Of a DNA stretch of 64,000 nucleotides, positions 1 to 8,712 are shown piece by piece. The notes beneath the pieces were generated by a model. That model ran no database searches. It worked only from the letters and a program-made list of their open reading frames with translations, and was not told the DNA's origin. The stretch is from Candidatus Undinarchaeota archaeon (GTDB lineage: Archaea > Undinarchaeota > Undinarchaeia > Undinarchaeales > UBA543): assembly GCA_964567575.1 (NCBI GenBank), contig CAZMMZ010000003.1, forward strand, positions 4,328-68,327, read 5' to 3'. The first letter of the stretch is position 1; each line of letters begins with the position of its first letter. The translations under genes were made by a program, and so were the position numbers.

Positions 1-561
1 TCATTTTTCCATGCGTTTTCAATTGGATTAGCTCAAAAAATTGCAAAGAAAAAGAAACCAACGTTCAAAGATGGTTCAAATGCATTTAAATTCGGTTTCA
101 AAGTTTTCAGTTTCAAAGTTCTTATTTGGCTTTTCACTGGGCTTGGAATTATTTTAATAACATTGCCAACGGTTTTCTTGTTTGGATCATTTGGTCTTTT
201 GCTCTCATGTGTTTTCGTGTTTTTCTTTTCTCTTTTATTACAATTTGTAGGATTCTTTGGAAAGCAAGCAATTGTTCTTGAAAAACTCGGAGCATGGTCA
301 GCATTTCAAAGAAGCTTTAAATTAATTCGAAAAAATCTTGAAAATGTTCTTCTTCTACTTGGTGCGTATATTTTCTTCTTCGCGGTTTTTCTTATTTTCA
401 AAAAAATTGCAGTAACAATTGCTAATTACGTTTTCGCAGGATTTAGTCTTGTTGTGTTCACACAAGCAGCAAACTTTATCTTCACATTCTTGATTCTTTC
501 GCCAATTTTTGTTATAATAAAAACATCTTACTTCATTAAGAAATCATCTAAGCGTCGATAG
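1..561 (+). CDS. Polytopic membrane protein, 5' end outside the window
   Basis: Frame 1 is open from base 1 to the stop at 559-561; the ORF track starts it at an internal TTG (163). The translation is a run of hydrophobic helices with no family motif I recognise. Confidence 0.5.
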   Translation, partial: SFFHAFSIGLAQKIAKKKKPTFKDGSNAFKFGFKVFSFKVLIWLFTGLGIILITLPTVFLFGSFGLLLSCVFVFFFSLLLQFVGFFGKQAIVLEKLGAWSAFQRSFKLIRKNLENVLLLLGAYIFFFAVFLIFKKIAVTIANYVFAGFSLVVFTQAANFIFTFLILSPIFVIIKTSYFIKKSSKRR

Positions 562-967
562 CTTCGCGAAGTTTAATATTAAGTTTCTTTTCGAGTTTTC
601 TAATAAGCTTCTCATCTGGGTGCGCGCTTCCAGATATAAGTTTGCTAATCACCGAACTCTTTTCATTTAACATAGCTGCGAATTCTTCCAGTTTCTTTCC
701 GCTTTGTTGCCATGCTTTTTGTATTATCTTTCCATACTCTTCAACAAGTTCATAGTCATCACTAACATCTGAAGAATACGGAATCCCAACTTTTCGTCCT
801 GGTGGTTTGTAACTATTTGTTTGACTTGGCGATACTGCAACAGAAGGTTTTGAGAACTGCACTTCTTCTCCATACTTTACACAATTCTCACAAACATTCA
901 GAATAGATCCCTCGACACTAATTTTTCTAGGGTTTTGTATTTCCTTTCCGCACAATTCACACTCCAT
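548..967 (-). CDS. mbf1: Archaeal MBF1-type transcription cofactor (zinc ribbon + HTH)
   Basis: An N-terminal CELCGK...CENC zinc ribbon is followed by a C-terminal helix-turn-helix (EFAAMLNEKSSVISKLISG). Size and layout match archaeal multiprotein bridging factor 1 homologues. Confidence 0.75.
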   Translation of the reverse strand: MECELCGKEIQNPRKISVEGSILNVCENCVKYGEEVQFSKPSVAVSPSQTNSYKPPGRKVGIPYSSDVSDDYELVEEYGKIIQKAWQQSGKKLEEFAAMLNEKSSVISKLISGSAHPDEKLIRKLEKKLNIKLREAIDA

Positions 968-1010
968 AATAGTCTAAGTAATAACTTCTTTTGTTAAAAA
1001 TCTTGCGAAT

Positions 1011-1544
1011 TTAGTTTTTTGGAGCTTTTACAGTTATTCGTCCTTTTCTGCTTTCAAATCCAACTGCATTGAAATAATATACTGTTGGTCCTTCAAGAGC
1101 GATACTCCAGGATTCTCCTGGTCGTATTTTTGGAGAATATGTATGTCGTGAATATGTTACTAAATCTATTCCATGCATGTTATAGTCTTCATCATTTATC
1201 CAAGTAACAATTGTTCCACTTTCTATTGTAACATCATTTGGTTTGAATCGATTGTCCCTTAATATGATTTCAACCATTTCTATCTCTTCAAGTGTTTCTG
1301 GTTCTTCAACAACTTCTATTTCTTCTTCAATCTTCTCTTCAACAATTTCTATGTCAGCTTCTGGTTCAATTTGTATTATTGCTTCGCGTGGTGGGTTTGC
1401 AATATCAATGCTTGCTGTTGCTTCTCCTTCTCCTGCAACCACTAGAACTTTTGCAGGTGTCATGAATAGTGCTACAACAAGAACTATTATTATAAGTATT
1501 AATCCAATAAGGAAGATATCCTCTTTATTTTTCATACTTTCCAC
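1011..1544 (-). CDS. Membrane-anchored cupredoxin-fold protein
   Basis: N-terminal TM helix (IFLIGLILIIIVLVVALF), an acidic E/I/V-rich linker, and a C-terminal ~90 aa resembling plastocyanin/EfeO-type cupredoxin modules (NRFKPNDVTIESGTIVTWINDED..H..). Confidence 0.5.
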   Translation of the reverse strand: MESMKNKEDIFLIGLILIIIVLVVALFMTPAKVLVVAGEGEATASIDIANPPREAIIQIEPEADIEIVEEKIEEEIEVVEEPETLEEIEMVEIILRDNRFKPNDVTIESGTIVTWINDEDYNMHGIDLVTYSRHTYSPKIRPGESWSIALEGPTVYYFNAVGFESRKGRITVKAPKN

Positions 1545-1708
1545 TAATCAATTTAAGTTTATAAGGATTTTGGACTGGCTAATTTGAATATAAAAGTAGT
1601 GCCTCTGCCCGCCCATCTTTCATCATATTGTAATCAGCTCGATGTCGGTACATCATCGGCAATATGTTTTGGTTTAAAGGTTGTATAAATAGTTTTAATT
1701 TGCGAGTT

Positions 1709-2626
1709 TCAAAAATTATCTAAATAATGTTGATACTTATGGCGCATTATTTTCTCAGTTCCTGCTGTTTTGACAAAACCATGTGATCTACTCTGTTTAA
1801 GTGTTTCATATGATATGCCATCACTTACAATAATATATTTTGAGAAAAGCCGAATATTATTGGGTGTCTTCCGTACTACATCCAGGAATTCCGATAAACA
1901 AATTTTTGCATATCCCCCAGTTACCATAAAATAATCTATCCTTGGGTCTATTTGATTCAAAGCATCAATCGCATAATGAGCTGCTTCTTTTTTCTTTCTA
2001 AAATCTTTATAGATTTTTGTTATAGGAGGTCCGCCTCGTACTGGAGTTATATCTTTTGAATCTTCAGCATCCTGTTTTAATCGGTTTTTTAATTCTCTAG
2101 GCATTTTTTCAAATCTGAAACCATTGTGCATAATCCTCCAAGTATTATAGTTTTTCTTTTCTTCTTTCTGTGATTTTTTATTATAATTAAGTTTGAAACC
2201 AGGAACATCTGAATTATATGGATCATGTGTTTGTCCAAATACATTATCATAATCAGTTGAGGATGAGGCAGTCCAATTGTAAGTATATATTTCATCATCA
2301 TCTCCATATCGCTCCTGATAAGCATCCGCCATATCTGTTGGATTGGCATCATCTCTTTGGTCAGAATAATCTAGTCCTGCGTGATCTTGCTGTACATGTT
2401 CCAAAATATCATTCATGTCTTTAATTCTGTAAATAATTCGTATATCTGCAAGATTGTAAATATCTTCTAGAAAATAGCTTGAATATGTTTCATAAATGAT
2501 TGGGATTTTTCTTTTTTTCAGAATATTAGCAAATTTTAATATTTCATAATACTGGTCTTCATCACATCGCAAATTTGTCCATGGTTGTATCATGAAAAGC
2601 GCTGCTCTATTTCTGTATTTTCCCAT
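1709..2626 (-). CDS. Hypothetical protein
   Basis: Long uninterrupted ORF with a central D/Y/N-rich insert. The ends weakly resemble a cysteine-hydrolase (isochorismatase-like) fold (AALFMIQPW... / MVTGGYAKICLSEF), but this is not secure. Confidence 0.45.
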   Translation of the reverse strand: MGKYRNRAALFMIQPWTNLRCDEDQYYEILKFANILKKRKIPIIYETYSSYFLEDIYNLADIRIIYRIKDMNDILEHVQQDHAGLDYSDQRDDANPTDMADAYQERYGDDDEIYTYNWTASSSTDYDNVFGQTHDPYNSDVPGFKLNYNKKSQKEEKKNYNTWRIMHNGFRFEKMPRELKNRLKQDAEDSKDITPVRGGPPITKIYKDFRKKKEAAHYAIDALNQIDPRIDYFMVTGGYAKICLSEFLDVVRKTPNNIRLFSKYIIVSDGISYETLKQSRSHGFVKTAGTEKIMRHKYQHYLDNF

Positions 2627-2654
2627 AATTAGTTACGTTATTTTAACTTGTATA

Positions 2655-3083
2655 TTACTCTTGTTCTTGTGGTGCTGGAACTGGGTCTGAAGGTTGTGGT
2701 GCTTCTGGTTGCGGTTCAGGGGCTGGTTCTGGTGCAGGCTCTGGCTCAGGTTCTTCAGGGGTAGCTTCTGGTTCTTCAGGGGTAGCTTCTGGTTCTTCAG
2801 GAGCAACAGGAGTTTCTTCAGGAACTTCTGTAACTGCTGGTTGTTCTGGTTCTTCCACTGTTGATTCTTCTGGCACTGGTGTTGTGTCTAATGGTTTTAC
2901 TTCAATTGCACCAGTTGGGCATGCGCCTTGGCAAGCTCCACATTCAATACAATGATTTGGTTTGAAATCCTGTGTTTCAACTCTTGGGAATCCTTCAGAG
3001 TCCTTATCAATTGCAGTTACTGGACATACTCCAATACATGCATAATTTTTTTGACATTTTGTTTTATCTACTACTGCTGGCAT
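2655..3083 (-). CDS. Dicluster-type ferredoxin with a long Pro/Glu/Ala-rich C-terminal tail
   Basis: One canonical CIECGACQGACP motif and one degenerate CQKNYACIGVCP motif (7Fe-like layout). I start it at the internal ATG (MPAVVDK, 3083) to avoid overlap with the divergent gene. The last ~90 aa are PEEPEAT/PEPAPE repeats. Confidence 0.8.
   Translation of the reverse strand: MPAVVDKTKCQKNYACIGVCPVTAIDKDSEGFPRVETQDFKPNHCIECGACQGACPTGAIEVKPLDTTPVPEESTVEEPEQPAVTEVPEETPVAPEEPEATPEEPEATPEEPEPEPAPEPAPEPQPEAPQPSDPVPAPQEQE
2749..2802. repeat. 21-bp tandem repeat (2.5 copies) inside the ferredoxin tail
   Basis: GGTTCTTCAGGGGTAGCTTCT occurs at 2749-2769 and 2770-2790, with a partial third copy to 2802. 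It encodes the repeated PEEPEAT peptide. Confidence 0.9.
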
Positions 3084-3195
3084 TTTATTTTCCTCGTGCG
3101 TTTGGTTGAGAATAATTGTATTTAAGTTTATCCGCTTCTGCAAATTTTTTACACACCTGGAAACTTTATTAAAGAAACAATGCTTGTTTTATTCT

Positions 3196-4167
3196 ATGAA
3201 GTCTTCAGCAATTGCTCACTCAAATATAGCACTTATCAAATACTGGGGACGCTCTTCAGAATTGAATATCCCACTGAACGACAGTATCAGCATGACAAAA
3301 AATGGTATTGGGGATATTAAACTCAAAGCTCATACAACAATTGATTTTTCTGAAGATTTTTCTGAAGATGTTGCAATTCTCAATGGAGAACAATTATCTG
3401 ATAGAAATCTTGAAAGAATTCTTTTGGTTATCAATCCTTTGCGAGAAAAATCTGCAATTAATTTAAATTTTAAAATGGAAAGCAAAAATGATTTTCCCAC
3501 ACAAAGTGGACTTGCATCGTCTGCTGCTGGTTTTGCAGCGCTTGCAACTGCTGCATCTGCTGCACTTGAATTAAAATTATCAAAAGAAGAATTATCAACA
3601 TACGCGCGTCTCGGCTCTGGATCTGCAGCTCGTTCAATTCATGACGGCTTTGTCCATTGGCATACTGGTGAAGATCATGAAAGTTCTTTTGCTGAGCAAA
3701 TCTGCGAACCAAATGATTTTCAAATGAATGCTGTTATTGCAGTTATTAATGAGGAGAAAAAGAAAGTCACTTCTGATGTTGGTCATGATTCTGCTTTTAC
3801 AAGTCCGTTGAATTCTCCAAGAGTAACACGATCTCAAGAGCATGCTGAATTAATTCGCAAAGCAATTCTTGATGATGACTTTACAACTGTTGGAAAAATC
3901 GCAGAGAGCAGTGCGCTTTACATGCATGCAGTAATGATGACTTCAAACCCTGCTTTGTATTATTGGTCTTCTAAAACTGAAAAAGTCATGGACTTAGTTC
4001 GAGATTCTGATATCAATTGTTTCTTTACAATTGATGCCGGTCCGAATGTTCATGTTCTATGCAGACCTGAGAATCGCGAGGAAGTTGAGAAACTTCTTTC
4101 AGATTACAAAACAATTCCTGCTGAACCAGGAGAAGGTTCTTCAGTGGTGCAGGAACACTTATTTTAA
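3196..4167 (+). CDS. mvaD: Mevalonate (di)phosphate decarboxylase family enzyme (GHMP superfamily); substrate not assignable
   Basis: Motifs AHSNIALIKYWGR, GLASSAAGFAAL, GSGSAARS and IDAGPNVH are typical of the MVD/PMD family. The start is set at ATG 3196 (MKSSAIAH) rather than the upstream 3106. Confidence 0.85.
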   Translation: MKSSAIAHSNIALIKYWGRSSELNIPLNDSISMTKNGIGDIKLKAHTTIDFSEDFSEDVAILNGEQLSDRNLERILLVINPLREKSAINLNFKMESKNDFPTQSGLASSAAGFAALATAASAALELKLSKEELSTYARLGSGSAARSIHDGFVHWHTGEDHESSFAEQICEPNDFQMNAVIAVINEEKKKVTSDVGHDSAFTSPLNSPRVTRSQEHAELIRKAILDDDFTTVGKIAESSALYMHAVMMTSNPALYYWSSKTEKVMDLVRDSDINCFFTIDAGPNVHVLCRPENREEVEKLLSDYKTIPAEPGEGSSVVQEHLF

Positions 4168-4190
4168 GGGGAGGAAACTATCACAATTCA

Positions 4191-4850
4191 ATGAAGGATA
4201 AAGCAGTAATCTTTGACATGGATGGTGTAATTGTTTATACTCTAGATCATCATTATGCAGCTTGGAAAGATCTTCTTGCAGAACGAAATATTAATTTTTC
4301 GCGTAATGAATTCAACAATATGATTGGTCAATCTTCTCAGGCATTTATTCAATCTCTTCGACTAAAAGGACTTAAAGGTGGTGAAAAACGATTAGTAGAA
4401 GAGAAAGATAAAAGATATCTTCAAAAATTCAAGGAGAAAGCACCGCCTCTTGTTGATGGTTTTCTTCCTATCCTTGAGGACATAAAAGATATTGATCTTA
4501 AAACAGCAATCGCAACTTCCGAGCCAATGGAAATTATGAATGCAACAATAATAGAATATGGTTTGCTAAATAAATTTGATGAGTTTGTAACTTCTGATGA
4601 TGTTAAAAATTTAAAACCAGATCCTGAAATATATTCCTTAACTTCTCAGAAATTAAATGTTTCTCCTCAAAATTGTATAGTTTTTGAAGATTCACCTAGT
4701 GGTGTTAAATCTGCAAAAAAGGCAGAAATGTATTGTATTGCATTGACAACTTCTTATTCAAAAAATGAATTAAAAAAAGCTGGAGCAGATAAAATAATAA
4801 CTAATTTCACTGAAATAAATCTTGGAGACATATTAGATGCACTTAACTAA
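4191..4850 (+). CDS. HAD-superfamily hydrolase (subfamily IA, beta-phosphoglucomutase-like phosphatase)
   Basis: Motif I is AVIFDMDGVIV. The cap region and motifs III/IV (KPDPEIY, FEDSPSGVKSA) are present. Confidence 0.8.
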   Translation: MKDKAVIFDMDGVIVYTLDHHYAAWKDLLAERNINFSRNEFNNMIGQSSQAFIQSLRLKGLKGGEKRLVEEKDKRYLQKFKEKAPPLVDGFLPILEDIKDIDLKTAIATSEPMEIMNATIIEYGLLNKFDEFVTSDDVKNLKPDPEIYSLTSQKLNVSPQNCIVFEDSPSGVKSAKKAEMYCIALTTSYSKNELKKAGADKIITNFTEINLGDILDALN

Positions 4851-5985
4851 AAACGAGGAGCAAATCCTCAATGGGGAACAAGGCGAAGCTAAACAAAAAG
4901 CTCTCAAAATTCTTGTCAAGCTCGGTGATAAAGAAAAATCTGATAATCTAATACCGATACGAAGTGCACACGTCCCAAATATTTCTTATACAGAACTTTC
5001 TGAAAGCGAAGTAACTACATTAGAAAAATGGGCAGAGCATTTTCCAAAAGTTGAAGTTCCAACAACTTTGAATGCAGGTGGTGTTTCCCAACGAACTCCT
5101 GATTTTGTTGATGACTTACCAAAGCAAGGTCAAATCATAAATTCTTTCAAAGCGTTCCATACTATTCCCGTTCTTACAACTGCTCCATATACAATTGGTT
5201 ATATTCCAAAAGAAGGAAATGATATTGCGTGGGGTCATGATAGTGCAGTTGTTTATGCAAATTCAGTTCTTGGTGCGTGCACAAATAATCATCATTGGAA
5301 AACTGCACTTGCTTCAGCACTTCTTGGAGTAACTCCAAATTCCGGATTGCATCTTCAAGCCAACCGCGAACCTGAAATAAATTTGAAAGTTAAGGAAAAA
5401 CTTTTCGGTTATGAAGATTTCAGTGCACTTGGATATTATGTTTCAAAAGAATATTCAAATCAAATTGTAAATTTTAGTTTTCCTTCAAAGCCAAACAAGG
5501 AAAATCTACAGGCGCTTGCTTCTGGTTATTCCACTAATACAAAGAAATACATGTTTACAATTGGAAATAAAATTGACGCCGAAAAAATTGAAGTTGGATT
5601 TGATGAAATCGATACAGTTTTCCAGGAATTCTCTGCTGAAGATCCAGATTTCGTTGCTCTTGGTTGTCCTCATTTTTCAAATTCTGATTTCCAAAAAATT
5701 GCAAGAATTCTGAAAGGGAAGAAACTTCAGAAATCTGCGAAGTTTTGGATTTACACTGCTGAAAAAATTCGCGCTGATTTAGAACTTGATGGGCATGAGG
5801 ATTCTATAAAGAAAGCTGGATGTTATGTTGCAACTGATGCATGTCCGAGCCTTGCTCCTCTTGAAAAGTTTGGAATAAAATGTGTTATGTCAAATTCTGC
5901 AGAGCTATGCGCAAAAGTTAAAAGCATGGGTCTTAAAGCTCACTTATCAAGCTTTGACGATATTGTCAAGTGGGGGTTTAGATGA
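4837..5985 (+). CDS. Aconitase-X (DUF521) catalytic-domain protein, phosphomevalonate-dehydratase-large-subunit-like
   Basis: N-terminus MHLTKNEEQILNGEQGEAKQKALKILVKLG..IPIRSAHV, then VPTTLNAGG, SAVVYANSVLGA.TN and LGCPHFS follow the DUF521/AcnX pattern. There is a 14-nt overlap with the HAD gene and a 4-nt overlap with the next gene. Confidence 0.7.
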   Translation: MHLTKNEEQILNGEQGEAKQKALKILVKLGDKEKSDNLIPIRSAHVPNISYTELSESEVTTLEKWAEHFPKVEVPTTLNAGGVSQRTPDFVDDLPKQGQIINSFKAFHTIPVLTTAPYTIGYIPKEGNDIAWGHDSAVVYANSVLGACTNNHHWKTALASALLGVTPNSGLHLQANREPEINLKVKEKLFGYEDFSALGYYVSKEYSNQIVNFSFPSKPNKENLQALASGYSTNTKKYMFTIGNKIDAEKIEVGFDEIDTVFQEFSAEDPDFVALGCPHFSNSDFQKIARILKGKKLQKSAKFWIYTAEKIRADLELDGHEDSIKKAGCYVATDACPSLAPLEKFGIKCVMSNSAELCAKVKSMGLKAHLSSFDDIVKWGFR

Positions 5986-6926
5986 AGAATCCAACTGGTT
6001 CAGCATGTGGAAAAATAATACTTTTCGGAGAACACTCTGTTGTGTATGGTCATCCTGCGATAGCAGTCCCTGTTACAGCATTACATGCTGATGTTTTTAT
6101 TCAACCAGCTGAGACATTAGTAATTTCATCTCGAAATTTTAATACTGAATATGAAATCTTGAAAAATCCTTTAAATAAAAATGAAACTGGTTTTGGACTT
6201 CAAGAAACAGTTCTAAACACTTTGAAATTTTTCAATCTTCTAAAGAAGCAGAATATTCACATTACAATTGATTCTTCAATTCTTCCAGCATCTGGTTTGG
6301 GGAGTAGTGCTGCTGTTGCTGTTGCAATTATCCGCGCGCTTTCAAATTATTTCAAAAAGAAAATTTCAAATAAAGATTTGTATGATCTAGCTTTCAAAAC
6401 TGAAGTGATTTATCATGGGGATCCAAGTGGTATTGACCCTGCAGTAATTATTCACGAAAAACCGGTTTACTTTAAGAGTGGTAAAAAAACTCGTCTTGAA
6501 CCACTAAAGGTTGCTAACAAAATTCCTATTATAATTGCTGACACCGGAGTTCGCAGTTCAACAAAGGAAGTTGTTTCTGATGTGAAAAAAGCAAGAGCAA
6601 GCGACAAAGATAAGTATGATACAATTTTCAGTGAGATAATTCCTATTGTTCATCGGGTACGCGATGTTATAGAAAAAGGAAATGTTTCAGAGCTTGGCAG
6701 ATTAATGAATGAAAATCACGAACTTCTAAAACAAATTGATGTTTCAAGTCCTGAACTTGATTTGCTTGTTGAATCTGCGCGCGAGGCAGGAGCAACAGGA
6801 GCTAAACTCGCTGGTGCAGGAAGAGGCGGCCACATCATAGCGTTGGCTGAGGATAATGTGCAAAAAATCAGCAAAGCGCTTGTAGATGCTGGAGCATCCC
6901 ATATTTTCTTTACTGAAATTGTTTGA
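5982..6926 (+). CDS. mvk: Mevalonate kinase (GHMP kinase)
   Basis: GKIILFGEHSVVYG, PASGLGSSAAVAVA, HGDPSGIDPA and KLAGAGRGG are the classical mevalonate kinase motifs. Confidence 0.85.
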   Translation: MKNPTGSACGKIILFGEHSVVYGHPAIAVPVTALHADVFIQPAETLVISSRNFNTEYEILKNPLNKNETGFGLQETVLNTLKFFNLLKKQNIHITIDSSILPASGLGSSAAVAVAIIRALSNYFKKKISNKDLYDLAFKTEVIYHGDPSGIDPAVIIHEKPVYFKSGKKTRLEPLKVANKIPIIIADTGVRSSTKEVVSDVKKARASDKDKYDTIFSEIIPIVHRVRDVIEKGNVSELGRLMNENHELLKQIDVSSPELDLLVESAREAGATGAKLAGAGRGGHIIALAEDNVQKISKALVDAGASHIFFTEIV

Positions 6927-6980
6927 GAAAACTTAAATAGGACTTTATGGAACTGAGAGCTATTCGAAGTGATATATACA

Positions 6981-7907
6981 ATGATAACAGCTTCTGCCCC
7001 AGGTAAAGTAATACTCTTTGGTGAGCACGCTATGGTTTTTGGCGAGCTTGGCATTGCTACTGCAATTGAGAAACGAGCATACGTTACAATTTGTGAGCTC
7101 GATGAACCAAAAATCGTAGTGCAGTCTAAGAATGTAGAGACTACAATTGAACTTCCTTCTTCTGAACGACCAAAAGAACCAATTACAAAAGCTGCACGCC
7201 TTGCTCTTGCAAAATGTGGGCACAAAGATCAAGGTCTTGGTATTGAGATTAATTCTGAAATTCCACAAAGCGCAGGTCTTGGTGCATCAGCAGCGATTTG
7301 CACTGCAACTGCAGCTGCTGTTCTCAAGATGTTTGAAAGCGAACTTGATATTATGAAAGTTGCAGAGATTGCATACGAAGCTGAGAAAACAATTCATACT
7401 AATCCTACTGGTGTTGAAACTGCAGTCACAACTGTTGGTGGAACAATTGCTTTCCATCGCGGGCAAGTTGAAGCATTGAAAACCGAATCATTAAGCATGG
7501 TTGTTGCAAACACTGGATTTACAAGCAATGCAGAATCAATGATTAAATTAGTTAAACAACATATTGAGGATCCTCGAATGGGTTGCACACTTTTCTCAAT
7601 TGGTGGATTAGTTAAACAAGCAAAAGATGCTATTTTGAGAAATCAATATTCTGTTATTGGAAACTTAATGTATAAAAATCACGATTATCTAAAAAATCTT
7701 GGAGTAAGTTCACCGGAACTTGAGAATCTTGTAAAGCGCTCAAAAGATGCAGGTTCCCCTGGTGCAAAGCTTACTGGTTTTGGTGGTGGTGGTTCTATGA
7801 TTGCATTAGCCAAAGATCCTGATCCTCTTGTTGATGCTCTTAAATCATCTGGAGCAAAAGTTTTCAAAACCATGACAGGACAGAATGGTGTAAGAATTAA
7901 AGAGTAA
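6981..7907 (+). CDS. Second GHMP kinase, mevalonate-kinase-like (could be a phosphomevalonate kinase or MVK paralogue)
   Basis: GKVILFGEHAMVFG, PQSAGLGASAAICTA and KLTGFGGGG are present. The HGxPSG motif is replaced by HTNPTGVE. Start taken at ATG 6981; the track starts at GTG 6969. Confidence 0.75.
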   Translation: MITASAPGKVILFGEHAMVFGELGIATAIEKRAYVTICELDEPKIVVQSKNVETTIELPSSERPKEPITKAARLALAKCGHKDQGLGIEINSEIPQSAGLGASAAICTATAAAVLKMFESELDIMKVAEIAYEAEKTIHTNPTGVETAVTTVGGTIAFHRGQVEALKTESLSMVVANTGFTSNAESMIKLVKQHIEDPRMGCTLFSIGGLVKQAKDAILRNQYSVIGNLMYKNHDYLKNLGVSSPELENLVKRSKDAGSPGAKLTGFGGGGSMIALAKDPDPLVDALKSSGAKVFKTMTGQNGVRIKE

Positions 7908-7947
7908 ACTCAAACTATAAATATTCTAAAACAAAGTTATTCTTGGG

Positions 7948-8712
7948 ATGGTAAAGGATTTAATTTTCATTAAGCTTGGAGGCTCGGCTATTACTAACAA
8001 GTCTGTTGAAAATTCTCTTAATGAAAAAGTTTTGAATCAAGTTTCAAAAGAAATTTCTGAATGCAAAGATTTTAATTTTTTAATTGGTCATGGTGGTGGT
8101 TCATTCGCGCATCCTATTGCAGCGAAATACAATGTTCAAAATGGGTTGCAAGGTAGCAGTCTTGAAGGATATTCTAAAACTCGAAAAGCTGTTGATGATT
8201 TAGGAGAAATAGTAACTGGTTCATTAACATCTGCTGGAGTTCCAGCAGTTTTTCTTCCAACTTCTACTCTTGCTGTAATGAAAAACGGAGAAGTAAAAGA
8301 ATTTTTCACTTCTCCAATTGAAAAATATCTTGAAACTGGGAAAGTTCCTGTACTTCCTGGAGATGTTTGCCTTGATTATGAAAAAGTTTTTTCAATTGCA
8401 TCAACTGAAATGATTTTTAATTTCCTGGCAAGTAAATTCAATCCAGTAAAACTTATTATTGGAACAAATGTCGATGGTGTGCTTGATAACGATATTGTGA
8501 TTCCTGAGATAAATCATCAAAACTTCAATAAAGTATTGGAAAAACTCGGTGGTTCTGCTGGAGCAGATGTGACTGGTGGGATGAAACACAAAGTTGAAGA
8601 ACTAAGTAAAACACATATTGACGTTCATATCATTAATATTCAGGAAGAAGGGAGATTGAAAAAAGCCATTCTTGGAGAAGATGTTATTGGAACGAGGTTG
8701 ATTTTTAAATGA
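7948..8712 (+). CDS. ipk: Isopentenyl phosphate kinase (amino-acid-kinase fold)
   Basis: FIKLGGSAITNK and LIGHGGGSFAHP motifs, ~250 aa, and a position next to IDI2 and the MVA kinases. Confidence 0.85.
   Translation: MVKDLIFIKLGGSAITNKSVENSLNEKVLNQVSKEISECKDFNFLIGHGGGSFAHPIAAKYNVQNGLQGSSLEGYSKTRKAVDDLGEIVTGSLTSAGVPAVFLPTSTLAVMKNGEVKEFFTSPIEKYLETGKVPVLPGDVCLDYEKVFSIASTEMIFNFLASKFNPVKLIIGTNVDGVLDNDIVIPEINHQNFNKVLEKLGGSAGADVTGGMKHKVEELSKTHIDVHIINIQEEGRLKKAILGEDVIGTRLIFK

Noticed and set aside
2690-2830. Short tandem DNA repeats, first considered as a possible CRISPR array or minisatellite.
   Set aside because: There are only 2.5 directly adjacent 21-bp copies with no spacers. They lie in-frame within the ferredoxin tail and encode PEEPEAT repeats. 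No CRISPR-like repeat-spacer periodicity exists anywhere in the window.
6716-7225. A 169-aa minus-strand ORF spanning the junction of the two GHMP kinase genes.
   Set aside because: It is antisense to two strongly motif-supported kinases and crosses their intergenic spacer. The translation is low complexity and Ser/Ala-rich.
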